This document shows, in pieces, positions 1 to 13,440 of a stretch of DNA of 64,000 bases. This DNA comes from Octopus sinensis. Lineage: Eukaryota. How positions within the stretch are numbered: position 1 is the stretch's first letter; the number at the start of each line of letters is the position of its first letter. The translations under genes were made by a program, and so were the position numbers. Where the stretch lies: NCBI RefSeq assembly GCF_006345805.1, contig NC_043003.1:7316001-7380000 (forward strand). The letters are read 5' to 3'. The notes below the pieces were generated by a model. The model searched no databases and had not been told where the DNA came from. It was given only the letters and a program-made list of their open reading frames with translations.

Positions 1-1139
1 TCTGCAAAGGTGAATAACTCCTACACGAATGAGGAGAAATTATCTCACTTCAACTATTAAGAAAGAGTTTTTGCTGATGGGTTAAGACGGGTCCCTATCT
101 TACAAGTATATTTTCTGGGAAACAAAACAAATCTAATATGTTTCATTATACACTATTTCAAAGTGGCTTTGTGGTTTTGTAGGGGGCAATGTATGATCGT
201 CTGCATGTAAATACAAAACTGTGACAATAAACTGGAATAAAATACGAAACTAAAGATTAATTATATATAAACTACATTATACGGCTGGCTGCAGTATTTC
301 AATTTTATCTTCTTTCACATCAACTGTATATTTGTATATAATTTGATGGATAGAATTGCCATACAAAACATAAAACTTGTATTCCTGGTTGTGATGCTTT
401 GTGTTACTGCGATCCACTGCCAGGGTCGCACAACACTGCTATGGTTTTGTTATCATCCACTCATTACAAATGGCTGACAGGTAGATGAAAGTTTGTTAAC
501 ATTTCTTTCATTATTCTAGGAGAATTAAAAAAAAAATTTTTGTGATTAGGAAAATGTTTCTTAAAGGTATTAAGACACATATCAAGTGTGTGTTATGTAT
601 GATGGGGTAGGATGTAGAAAGAGAGGTATAAAGAAATGATGGGACTTCTCCACATAACTTTCGACGTACCGTAAGCGATCTTCTGCAAGTTTGTGCTAGT
701 GGTCTGTGATGTTTTGGATTGTTTTCAATATTTTATTATTAGTAATCATATTTGTGCCTATCGATCTTATGCTTATCCGACTCCCTCCCTACGATATCCA
801 GTCTCCAGTCCACAATACGGCCACATGAGACTGAGGGCAATTTTTTGATACATTTAGAAATGGAGCAAACCGCCATCTTATAAACCGGCAAATACTGTAG
901 TTAAAAATCACAGCAAGACAATGCATGATGTGGGATTAATACGTCTGGGCGTAAGGAGGAGGATGGGGAGAAAAGACCACAAGGAAGATGAACTGTGCAT
1001 TTCAAGAAAGCACTTAGATGGATAAGAGAAAGTAGGAGGTAGGTAGAGGGAAGAGGTTAAGAATGGAAGTATCCAAGGGAGGTAATTCTAAACATTTGTA
1101 CTGCAATAATACTATATATGATCTTGAGTTCGTAAGCTA

Positions 1140-1301
1140 ATATATATATATATATATATAATATATATATATATATCTATATATATATATATATAATATA
1201 TATATAATTAAATAAGGGTAGAAATTGATTGATATTAATCAATTAAAACCGTGGCTTAGGATATTTAAAAAATCCGAAGATTAAAAATTGTATGTAACAC
1301 A

Positions 1302-1369
<68 letters not shown>

Positions 1370-1550
1370 GGGAGAGTTTACGAAAAAAACAAAACAACAA
1401 AAGACGAAGACAGGTGATGTAGAAAAAAAACAGATGTATTAGTATAACGCTCAGGAATAGTAAAAGTCTTTTACGTTTCGAGCCTACGCTCTTCTACAGA
1501 AAGGGAGACAGAAAAAACAAGGAGAGAAAAAATATGTGTAGTAGCTAACG

Positions 1551-1628
<78 letters not shown>

Positions 1629-1707
1629 ATATATATATATAGTGTAGTGACCAAAGATCTATATATACATATACATATATATATATATATGTATATATAT
1701 ATGTGTA

Positions 1708-1787
<80 letters not shown>

Positions 1788-1790
1788 TGA
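1140..1790. repeat. (TA)n and (TCTA)n microsatellite cluster
   Basis: Seen directly; similar tracts near 3200-3560, 3950-4040, 5000-5195 and 11890-12090. Confidence 0.95.
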
Positions 1791-3440
1791 GAGAGTATCG
1801 AGACGAATTTATAGTATTCGCGTAATGACGTAATAGCTAAGGACGACAGAACGATTACACTTTATTTCAAATCCAGCCAAATAATTTCTCTGAACAAATC
1901 GTCAAATCACAAAGTCCGTCTCTTATGGCAGCAATCAAAATAACTGTCACGGCTCACCATAGATCTTTGCTGGTCTTCTGAGCATGCGCACTAGAGTGCT
2001 TATGTGAAAATTTGAATACATCATCTATCCACACATAACCACACACATTCGAACATACACCCATGCGCACGCACACTCACACACACACATACACACACAA
2101 TATTTTATGTGTAAAAGACCTACTTGGAATTTATGCTGAGAGGAAGATATATGACTTACCTTATGTTGTAATCGCTACCTATTTTGACAATCTTCAGAGT
2201 TGTCCAGATAATATCTACCAGTGGTATTCTTTGAGCTTATTGTAAGAGGAAAACCTTATTGAACAGTGAATTTTTCTTTGTCATGGAAGGGCTGGTACAT
2301 CAAACTAGCAAGTTACTCCCCTTGAATAATCAGCGGTTCACATTACAACCTGAAATAAACACAATTATTTAACAGAATAAGTATTTTGCAGGCGTATTAC
2401 ACTGTGTTGTATTTGCGTACAGGTTTACACTTGTATTTGGTGGGTGTGTTGTTGTGTGTGGTGAGGATATCTACGTAAATTGGTTTTAAGTGATGTTACT
2501 TAGCTGGTGTGCTGACAATTGCTCGTATATTGAAGTGCAGAAGTGTGCATTATTAATAGTTCACAAATGCATTGGATACTGTATTTGTTGTATCAGTCAA
2601 CAAACGAATGGTACAAAGTATTTGTGCTGGAAGTGAGGAGAGAGGAATATGCGAGGAAAGTATGTGTTTGTAGTGAGTGGTTTGACAGAAATTACGGTGT
2701 GGAAATTTATTGCGGTTTGATGTGGGAACAGTGTTATTGTTTATTGTTCAGTCAGGCGAGCAAGTATAGGTATAAACAGTTGTGTAAAATTCCGGTGACG
2801 AGATTCTTTGTATTAAATGGGTCACTAAAGAATGCTTATAGATAAATCAGTTGGTCTTACAATATAGACCAGACTAAGGTTCAAATAGCGTTTGTGTTAT
2901 TAGATTACTATGAAGAAATTCTAAACTGCATATTTGGGGAAGTTTAATTTTGAAGATACTTCTATAAATACGTATTACGTTTATCCAGTGAGCTTCTAGC
3001 CTGGTGAATTGTTTTTATCTTATATTATTGCAGACAGATATATAAATATATATATATATTATCGGTTCGGCAAAAGAGACCGATAGAATAAGTACTGGGC
3101 TTACAAATAATAAGTCCCGGGGTCGATTTGCCCGACTAAAGGCGGTGCTCCAGCATGGCCGCAGTCAAATGACTGAAACAAGTAAGAGTAAGAGTATATA
3201 TAATATATATATCTATATATATATTATATTATATATATATATAATAATATATATATATATATATATATATAATTCATAACAATTGAGAACGGCCCCAATA
3301 GGCCATTCGACCCACTAGAAAGCAGCCAGACTCAAACCGCTAAGTAGTAGTAATTCAGAAATTAAAAAAAGAAATATATGTATATAAATACATATATATA
3401 TGTATATATATATATTATATATGAATATGTAATAGGATCA

Positions 3441-3472
<32 letters not shown>

Positions 3473-3495
3473 TATATAGTATATATATATATATA

Positions 3496-3542
<47 letters not shown>

Positions 3543-3918
3543 TATTATATATATATATAGATTATATAAGGGTATATGTTCGTGGGAAAACTCATTTAAA
3601 TAAAAGGGGTCCTTGGTAGTGAAAAGGTTGGTAACCACTGATTTAAGGCAATTTGATGATTGGAGTTATTTCCCTTGCAACGTTATACATTACGCACACA
3701 CGCACTCGATATCTGTTGTATATTTTTTTGTTTAACCTTTTTATAGTAACATATTTACACGTACATATATGTAGTTACGATCATTATATCTTTTCTGTAT
3801 AATCTATCTCTATTGCTCTAAATATCATCACACTGTCTATATGGAAACAACATGTTCAGAGTGAGTAATTGATATTCCGTTCGTTAAGACAATCAAACAT
3901 TTTCATTACCTCCTCTCC

Positions 3919-4004
<86 letters not shown>

Positions 4005-4009
4005 GTGTG

Positions 4010-4048
<39 letters not shown>

Positions 4049-4997
4049 CCGGAGTAAACACATAAATGTGAAACAAGGTGGAAAGAAGAGTACTCAAATA
4101 CCAGTGGTAGAGTAATATGCTTCATTTAAAGCAGCAGAAAATTCAACAAAACCTGTTACTCTGAGTTTCCCGTTGCCGTTCATCGGACAGTTTTTTCTAG
4201 CAAAAACTGTCCGATGAACACAGCTGTTTCTGCCGCAAATATGCCGTGGACTCATAGTTGGGTGCCCGAGTAACACCTTATTAGCTTCATCGGAGCCTCG
4301 AATATCAAGTGCAATTTAATTACAATTACATTGCAGGTATGAACTAATGGAGTTCATAAAATAATCTTTTATTCGCTTGTCGTCTCATTTTCTTCTTCTT
4401 CTACACACACACAATTAGATAGATAGTAAAAAAAATGGCATTTTTTCTTTCAATCATTGCAAACGTTTCGATAAATTTTTACACCTGCAGTTCATTAGTG
4501 AGATGTATAATTACTATCATTCCACCAAGGTGTAAAATGCGCCTCCTCAGATGATTGCTTCAATAAGTCCTTCATTCGATCCTATCGTCAGTGTGAAAAA
4601 GCATAACCACAGTGAGGAGGCGCATTTTCAGCAGTTTATAGACAAACCTAAATCCATAGATACAATGACAGTCAGGTAGCCAATAACTGCGGACGAGCTT
4701 TGCATAGCATTCTACAGGGTTTTTTCTCACCGAATCATATTCAACTAAATAATATAATATTTAGAGTAGATGAAATCATGGCGACTGAAGAAGGGGTTTT
4801 TTCCTTGTGTTATTTGTCCTGTACTCTATATTTTTTTGTTCTTTAAGAAAAATGTCCAGTTCCTTGGGTTTGTGTGTTTTCGTTTCTCATTGTGTTCGAC
4901 GTTTTTTTGGTGTCCTGTACTCATATATGCGTGTATATATACATGTAGAGGTAGGTACGTACATATATGTATATATATATGCATATGTTTTATTTAT

Positions 4998-5053
<56 letters not shown>

Positions 5054-6492
5054 ATATATATAATACTATATATATATATATATATATACAGAGAGAGACA
5101 AATACTGCATACATGTTTGTAGTTGTTGTGTGTGTGTGGTTGTGTGTGTTTGTGTGTGTTTGTTTGTTTGTTTGTGTGGTGTGTGTGTGTGTGTGACATG
5201 TGCATGTTAGCAACACTCATTATACTCAAATTTGCCTTGTCAGCGTAAGGAAAGAATAGTTTTATGCCAGAATAGTTTTTATGAGTTACGGCAGTGACAA
5301 ACAAACAATAGAAAACCAGATGAATGGTTGATAAAATTCTCTTTTGACCTATAACGCTCTTTAGAGCGTTTCTTTAGTGCTGTTTTAAATGTAACCATAT
5401 AATCGATATTGTTCGACTATGAAATACACATTCGTATCTTTCCACCACCCAAGGAAAATCCTAACCTACAACATGTCTACATTTAATCAAAAGAAATCTG
5501 CTATTTATGATTTAAAAAATGAACGTAGGGCGGCGAAATGGCAGAATCGTTAGCACAGCGGACAAAATGCTTAGCGGTGTGTCATCCATCTTTATGTTCT
5601 GAGTTCAAAATCCGCCGAGATCGACTTTGCCCTTCAGGCTCAATAAAATAAATAACCAGTTGAACACTGGGTCGGTGTATTCGATTTACATCCTCCCCCG
5701 AAATTGCTGGCTTTGTGCCAAAATTTGATACCGATATATAATAAATGAATAATATATAATAAATGAATAATCGGTCAGCTTTTTCCGACTGGGGTTTTCT
5801 GAAACCTAAGGCTTCAACGACAGCTCGCTAGGATTTCCCGAGAAATATAAATATATAGACGAATAATAAGCAGATAAATTTTAAAGTTGTTTTTATCTTT
5901 AATCCAAGGTTCATAATTATTTTTATCAAAGCGATCCTTCTTCTCTGTGGAGGCGAAACTTGAACTGTGACGAAAGAGCTTCAAGTCCACTTTCATGGCA
6001 TGTACAACAGGCTTTTCATGGCAGCTCAAAATATCACATGGCGTTAACATAAGAATAACGAGGAGATTTATGGATATATTTCTCCCCTATTTAATATTGT
6101 TGCTTTACGTACAGTAGTCTTTCCTGGCCACAACTATCGTGTCGAATTATAGACCATGTCAGATGTCATATTTTGAAGCGCTCCATACCTTAACAGAGAA
6201 CGAACATCGCTGAGCTATTATTTTGAGAGACTCATATCATGATACCTCATACACAAAAGCTAATGGACAGCAAATTCCTAGCACAGCATAGTGAAACGCA
6301 TCTCGATGGCAGCCGTTCTAATGATTCTGGCACCACAAGATGTTAAGTATTGTAGAAGCGACTCGGCGGTTACATCGAGCTCCGTGATCTTCTGGTACTT
6401 CTTTTATCGACCCCGAAAGGACGAAAGGTAAAGTCGGCCATTGCGGCATTTCAACTCAGAATATAAAGACGACGACGACGACGATAATAATA

Positions 6493-6535
<43 letters not shown>

Positions 6536-6900
6536 TAATAATGGTTTCAAAATTTGCCACAAAGGCAGCCTTTTTGATGGAAGGGATAAGTCGTTTACGT
6601 TGACCTCAGTATTTCACTGGTACTTAATTTATTGACCCCCGAAAGGACAAAAGGTAAAGTCAACCTCGGCGGAATTTGAACTCAGAAAGTCAGTAGAAAC
6701 GCCGCAAGGCATTTTGTCCAGCATTCTTACTATTCTGCCAGCTCGCCGCCTAAAAACGATAACAATGACTCTTTTTTACTATAGGCAACAAGACCTCAAA
6801 TTTGTGGGGTCGGGACTAGTGGATTACATCGACCCCAGTATTTCACTGGTACTTAATTTATCGACCTCGATAGTATAAAAAGTAAAGTCGACCTCGGCAG

Positions 6901-6988
<88 letters not shown>

Positions 6989-7211
6989 GGAGGGTATTGT
7001 AGTTCGCTTGAAGCATTGTGTATTGTTTGTAAAATATAAAGTTTCTTGAATGGCCCAACTATGTAGAGCAGTGACTCAAGATCAATTCCTAGCAATATCT
7101 GAAGAAGGAATTTTTGTATTCCGAAATATTATTATTATATCAGACTTTGGATGATAAAATTATAACAGCTATTATAGTCCACTCTGCATTGTCGTGACAT
7201 TCAAAACACGT

Positions 7212-7287
<76 letters not shown>

Positions 7288-7289
7288 TT

Positions 7290-7320
<31 letters not shown>

Positions 7321-7545
7321 GGAGGGTATTGTAGTTCGCTTGAAGCATTGTGTATTGTTTGTAAAATATAAAGTTTCTTGAATGGCCCAACTATGTAGAG
7401 CAGTGACTCAAGATCAATTCCTAGCAATATCTGAAGAAGGAATTTTTGTATCCGAAATATTATTATTATATCAGACTTTGGATGATAAAATTATAACATC
7501 TATTATAGTCCACTCTGCATTGTCGTGACATTCAAACACTTTATA
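6989..7545 (+). repeat. Direct tandem duplication with 332-bp period, separated by (AAT)n
   Basis: Copies start at 6989 and 7321; near-identical with a few substitutions and indels. Confidence 0.92.
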
Positions 7546-7549
7546 TAAT

Positions 7550-7585
<36 letters not shown>

Positions 7586-7590
7586 GTATA

Positions 7591-7634
<44 letters not shown>

Positions 7635-7641
7635 TAATAGT

Positions 7642-7965
7642 ACCGTGTTTGAATGGAATTCTTCTTTGGTTTTTGGATAATTCGCCTTTGGAAACATGGG
7701 TGGTTCGTTCAACATCCTTAAACAATCCTTATTCAGGGACCTTTTGAGCGGGATGGGTTACTCGACCAGAAGAAAATTCTAACTGGGCCCCACCTACAAG
7801 TTCATGTGCTGTTTAATCTTGATATGAGATATTCATGTCGCGCACATATGGTTGTGATGCATGTGCCTGGTGTACCCTTATCAGACGGGTAGTCATGATG
7901 GGTATATTGGGCTTTGTATATTTTACCCCAGTGTCACTTTGATGGCATGCACTGCTCTCTCACTC

Positions 7966-8043
<78 letters not shown>
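7642..8043 (+). mobile_element. Retroposon 3' end with (AAT)n tail (family D); inverted copy at 10744-10960
   Basis: Two similar copies in opposite orientation, both ending CTCTCTCACTC(AAT)n. Confidence 0.7.
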
Positions 8044-8989
8044 TTGTATTTGTACAAGTTGACTCCAAGTTTCACCCAGAGACCTTAAGAGACAAGTTAG
8101 AAGCTCAAGTTAGTGTTGTGACTAGGGTACCATATCTTTGGTTTTGTACAGGGTATTGTTCTAGAGAATGTCTGTCAAAACTTAAGTAAATTAGAAGTTT
8201 GTTTTAAAAGTGATTGTTTTAAAAGTGATTGTTTTAAAAGTGATAGCCTGAAATGATAATGATAATAATAATAATCACAGTAATAATAAATGAACTTACG
8301 CGACGACTTAATTTTCGCCGAAGCAGAAGAATCGTTTTGCCGTAATTTTTCTTTTTGGTGTCTCGTTATTGTCATTCACTTCGTTACGTCCTGACATTCA
8401 GACAACAGAGCTCCAGCAACACTTGTGGTTTAGTAGAGTTGCAGACCGGTTATGTGAGTTGAAACGTCGCGCACATTTATTTATAGACTCTCGTTGCAGC
8501 CGATTCAGGAAGTTAAAGGCGATGCAAATTTCCGGCGACTTCAATTATTTCTTATCCTGTACAAAGCTCTGATACGTTTTTAGATTCATTACGAAGAGAT
8601 CCGACTCATCGAAGGGACTCACACGTAGCCGTTTGATTCGCTAGAAACAGAAGTCAAATTTCTCTCCGACCTAAATAAAAAGGGGACGTTATTTTGCTCG
8701 AGGCCCCAACATAGATATCTGATAAAGACAAGAATAAAACAAGATGTCTAAATTATTAATATCTTTTTTTTGTTGCTAGATTAGGAGTGACCGAGGCTGA
8801 AATAACAACTTCAAAAGACATGTGAACACATTTCACTCTTTGCCGACTAGTCCCATCCGACATTACTTGGCAGGGAGTAGTGGAACGAAAGGGAGGAAAA
8901 GAGGGCCCAACAAAAATGGGGTTGATTTAATCGACTAACCCAATCCTTCAAAATTTCAGGCCATGTGCCCATAGTAGAAAGGATTATTA

Positions 8990-9044
<55 letters not shown>

Positions 9045-9050
9045 TATTAT

Positions 9051-9127
<77 letters not shown>

Positions 9128-9768
9128 GTTGTTGTTGTTTTCTTTTGCCTTTCATCCAGGTCGCCTTTATTGCCTTTCAATCCTTTCGGGGTCGATTAAA
9201 TAAGTACCAGTTTACGCACTGGGGTCGATGTAATCGACTTAATCCATGTGTCTGTCCTTGTTTGTCCCCCTGTGTTTAGCCCCTTGTGGAAATAAAGAAA
9301 TAATGTATTTCGTTCTGCCGCTACGTTCTGATTTCAGATTCAAACAGAGGTCGACTTTGCCTTTCATCCTTTCGGGGTCGATAAATTAAGTACCAGTGCC
9401 CTTACCTACAAATTTTCGTGCCTTGTGCCTATAGTAGAAAGGATTCATGGAAGTTGGGTGCGTGTGGCGAGGATGGCCCGTGTAAATGGGCTTATTTTGA
9501 ACTTTCGTTTGTAAATCGGAGGTGTAGAGAAGGAGAGAGGCACCTACAAGGTGCATCTGGCGGTCGGGTTAACCAGAATGTGTAGGGTTCCTCGGTTGTC
9601 CTTGTCAGGAACTTCCCCACTTTTGGGGCAATTTTATTGTTTAATTGTATTGTTAATTGTTATTGTTGTTTTATTGTTTATCCAGTTTTTGTATTAAACC
9701 CCACGTGTCCCCAGTGTTGTACTGTCCCTATTTGTTTTGGGTTCGGCCCTTGTGGCCAATAAAGAAAA

Positions 9769-9828
9769 GATTATTATTATTATCATTTTATTATTATTAT
9801 TATTATTATCATTATTATATTATTATTA

Positions 9829-9888
<60 letters not shown>

Positions 9889-9890
9889 CA

Positions 9891-9966
<76 letters not shown>

Positions 9967-9986
9967 CATTATTATTATTATTATCA

Positions 9987-10023
<37 letters not shown>

Positions 10024-10292
10024 CATTATTATTATTATTATTATTATTATTGTTGTTGTTGTTGTTATTATTGTTGTTGTTGTTATTATTATTGTTGTTG
10101 TTGTTGTTATTATTATTGTTATTATTATTATTTTTGTTGTTGTTGTTGTTATTATTATTAGTATTGTTGTTGTTGTTGTTATTATTATTATTGTTGTTGT
10201 TATTATTATTGTTATTATTATTATCATTATTATTATTATAATTATTATTGTTGTTGTTGCTGTTATTATTATTATTGTTATTATTATTATTA

Positions 10293-10341
<49 letters not shown>

Positions 10342-10412
10342 CATTATTATTATTATAATTATTATTGTTTGTTATTGCTGTTATTATTATTATTATTATT
10401 ATTAATGCATTA

Positions 10413-10451
<39 letters not shown>

Positions 10452-10458
10452 TATTATT
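9769..10458. repeat. Compound (TTA/TTG/TCA)n microsatellite, about 690 bp
   Basis: Seen directly; source of the spurious poly-I/L/Y ORFs. Confidence 0.97.
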
Positions 10459-10692
10459 GGAGGCACAAGGCTTGGATTGAAAGCAGCGAGCTGGCAGAAT
10501 TGTTAGCCGGGTGAAATACTAAGCGGTATTTCGCCTGTCGCTACGTTCTGAGTTCAAATTTCGCCGAGGTCGATTTTGTCTTTCCTCCTTTCGGGGTCGA
10601 TAAATTAAGTACCAGTGAAACACTGGGGTCGATGTAATCGATTAGTCCCCTCCCCTCCAATTTTCAGGCCTCGTGCCTATAGTAGAAAGGAC

Positions 10693-10744
<52 letters not shown>

Positions 10745-10979
10745 GAGTGAGAGAGCAGTTCATGCCATCAAAGTGACACTGGGATACAAATATACGAAGC
10801 CCAATATACCCATCATGACTACCCGTCTGATAAGGGTACACCAGGCACATGCATCACAACCATATGTGCGCGACATGGTGATTTCATATCAAGATAAACA
10901 GCACATGACCTTGCAGGTGGGGCCCAGTTAGAATTTTCTTCTGGTCAAGTAACCCATCACCGATATATTATTATTATTA

Positions 10980-11038
<59 letters not shown>

Positions 11039-11897
11039 GGCGGTGAGCTGGCAGAATCGTTAACACAGGGCGAAATGCTTAGCATTATTTCATCTGCCGG
11101 TGTCAACTTGGCATTGTACCAGGTTTTGAAACCATTGCACATAAGGTATTCTGAGACTTTCTGAGCAGTATGGCTGCATGCTTAAGAAGTTCGCGTCGTA
11201 AGAATTAGGTCCCGGTTTCAATATCACTGCGTGCTACATAAGCTGGTATCATTTTCTATAGCCTCGGGTTGTCACATACCATGTGAGTGAAACTGGGCAA
11301 GAGGAAACTGTAGAGAAGCCCAACAAGTGGATTGAACCTGTAACTAATAACGATTTCAAAATTTTACACTAGATCAGCGATTCTAGGGGAGAGGGGTCAG
11401 TCGATTACAAAGGCCCCAGTACACTACTGGTACTTATTTTATCGACTCCCGAAGTGACGAATGGAACTTCTAATTGATAATAATGATAATCCTTTCTACT
11501 AAGGGTCAGAGGGATCTAATGGATTACATCGGCCCCAGTGTTCAACTGGTACTTAATTTATCGATCTCGAAAGGATGAAAGGCAAGGTCAGCCTCGGTGG
11601 AATTTGAACTCAGAACGTAAAGTCAAACGAAATGCCGCTAGGCATTTTACGTGTGTGGTAACGATTCTGTCAGCTCGCCGCATTACGTCTGTGGAATACT
11701 CAGGCACTTATGTTAATTCAGGAGAAGGTAATTCCTTTCAGTGAACAACTGAATCCACCACCACCACCACCACCACCTAGTAGTTATTCTGTCGATCTGC
11801 TTTTGACTAATCTCTAAGTTACGAGGACGTAAACATAACCTGCACATACATACATACCACATATAAATAATAGATATGTTATATGGTATATATATAT

Positions 11898-11963
<66 letters not shown>

Positions 11964-12040
11964 TACTATATATATAATACATATATATATATGTATGTAT
12001 GTATCTATCTGTCTATCTATCTACTATATGTATATATGTA

Positions 12041-12079
<39 letters not shown>

Positions 12080-12299
12080 ATATATAATGTGAACGCGTGT
12101 GTACCGTGTGCGATTTTTTCCCTCTGTCTTCCCTTCTCTGGATCTTTCCTTCTCCTATGTTTCCGACGAAAGCTCCGCCTCGAAACGTCAAGACCCTCCT
12201 TCTTCCCTTAGCGTCCAATAATACTTTATTTGTTCCACGTCCTCGCTTTGTTGGTGTTTTCTCTTTTGTGTTTTCATGTTTGGATTAACTCTATATATA

Positions 12300-12333
<34 letters not shown>

Positions 12334-12530
12334 TCATAGATGAGATAGAATTGAGATAGAGAGAGAGAGGGGGAGGAGAGGGGGGAGAGAGAGAGAGGTT
12401 GGGTTTAGTTCACTGGTGATCTAAACGAATAGATACGCTGAGTAGGTGCTACAATTGGTCATCCATTAGGTTCCAAGTTCACAGCTGAGGCTGGAGCTGG
12501 GATCCGTATTAGGCTTCCGTGTAGGCAGGT

Positions 12531-12630
12531 NNNNNNNNNNNNNNNNNNNNNNNNNNNNNNNNNNNNNNNNNNNNNNNNNNNNNNNNNNNNNNNNNNNNNN
12601 NNNNNNNNNNNNNNNNNNNNNNNNNNNNNN
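12531..12630. other. Assembly gap (100 N)
   Basis: Run of N. Confidence 0.99.
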
Positions 12631-12839
12631 GGCACCACCTTAAAGGGTTTTTGTCATATAAATTGACTCCAGCACTTTTTTTAAGGCTACTACTTATTCT
12701 ATTAGTCTCTTTTGATTTTCTCTGTTTACAACTGGAATATCCTATTTGATGCTTACCAACCATAGGCTGGAACCACAGGTTTATCCAATCCTACAGAGTG
12801 CCTATCTTTTCAAGTACCCTATTCCATTTGAATCCTTAT

Positions 12840-13233
12840 TCTACTATATATATATATATATAAAGCTGAAGTTGTCTGTGTATGGCAGGTTTGGTAGCCT
12901 TCAACTAACACTACCTTCTCCGAGACCCTGCGGCGCAAGTTGACCGAAATTGAGAATATGATAAAAGAAGGCTTGCTCTTCATTCCGTAGGAGATAAAAT
13001 TCAAATCAGACCATGTTAAAACCAAAAATTATTTACATCAAAAAGGTGCTTTTTTTCTATAAAATCCCTATTTGTTACGATTTTTTGACTGCTGTGTCAA
13101 CATTTTTTGGTGTATTTCAACCAGAAAAATGTTGATTTAAAGAGAATAACAAGCTACATAATGCAAAAATTTTCAAAAATTCCAATTCTAAAGGGTAGAG
13201 ACAAACCCGAGCAACACAGGGCGATACTGCTAG
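12840..13233 (+). mobile_element. Non-autonomous Helitron-like element
   Basis: 5' TC(TA)n start; 3' degenerate hairpin CCCGAGCAACACAGGG then CTAG|T. Confidence 0.65.
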
Positions 13234-13402
13234 TATATATATATATATTAATAATATGACAACAAAAGTATGAGTAAGACCTTGATATTATGTAAAATAG
13301 AGGAACTTGTTTGACTTAAAAACTGATGAGATGCCAGAGCAAACTTCAGCCCCAGCATCTGAAACTCTGAGTTTTATTATGACAACCAACTAATTGTCAC
13401 AT

Positions 13403-13440
<38 letters not shown>

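Noticed and set aside
9657-10405. Longest ORFs in the track (poly-Leu/Ile, 172-222 aa)
   Set aside because: Translations of a (TTA/TTG)n microsatellite; the same applies to the YIYI, poly-N/Y and ERER ORFs
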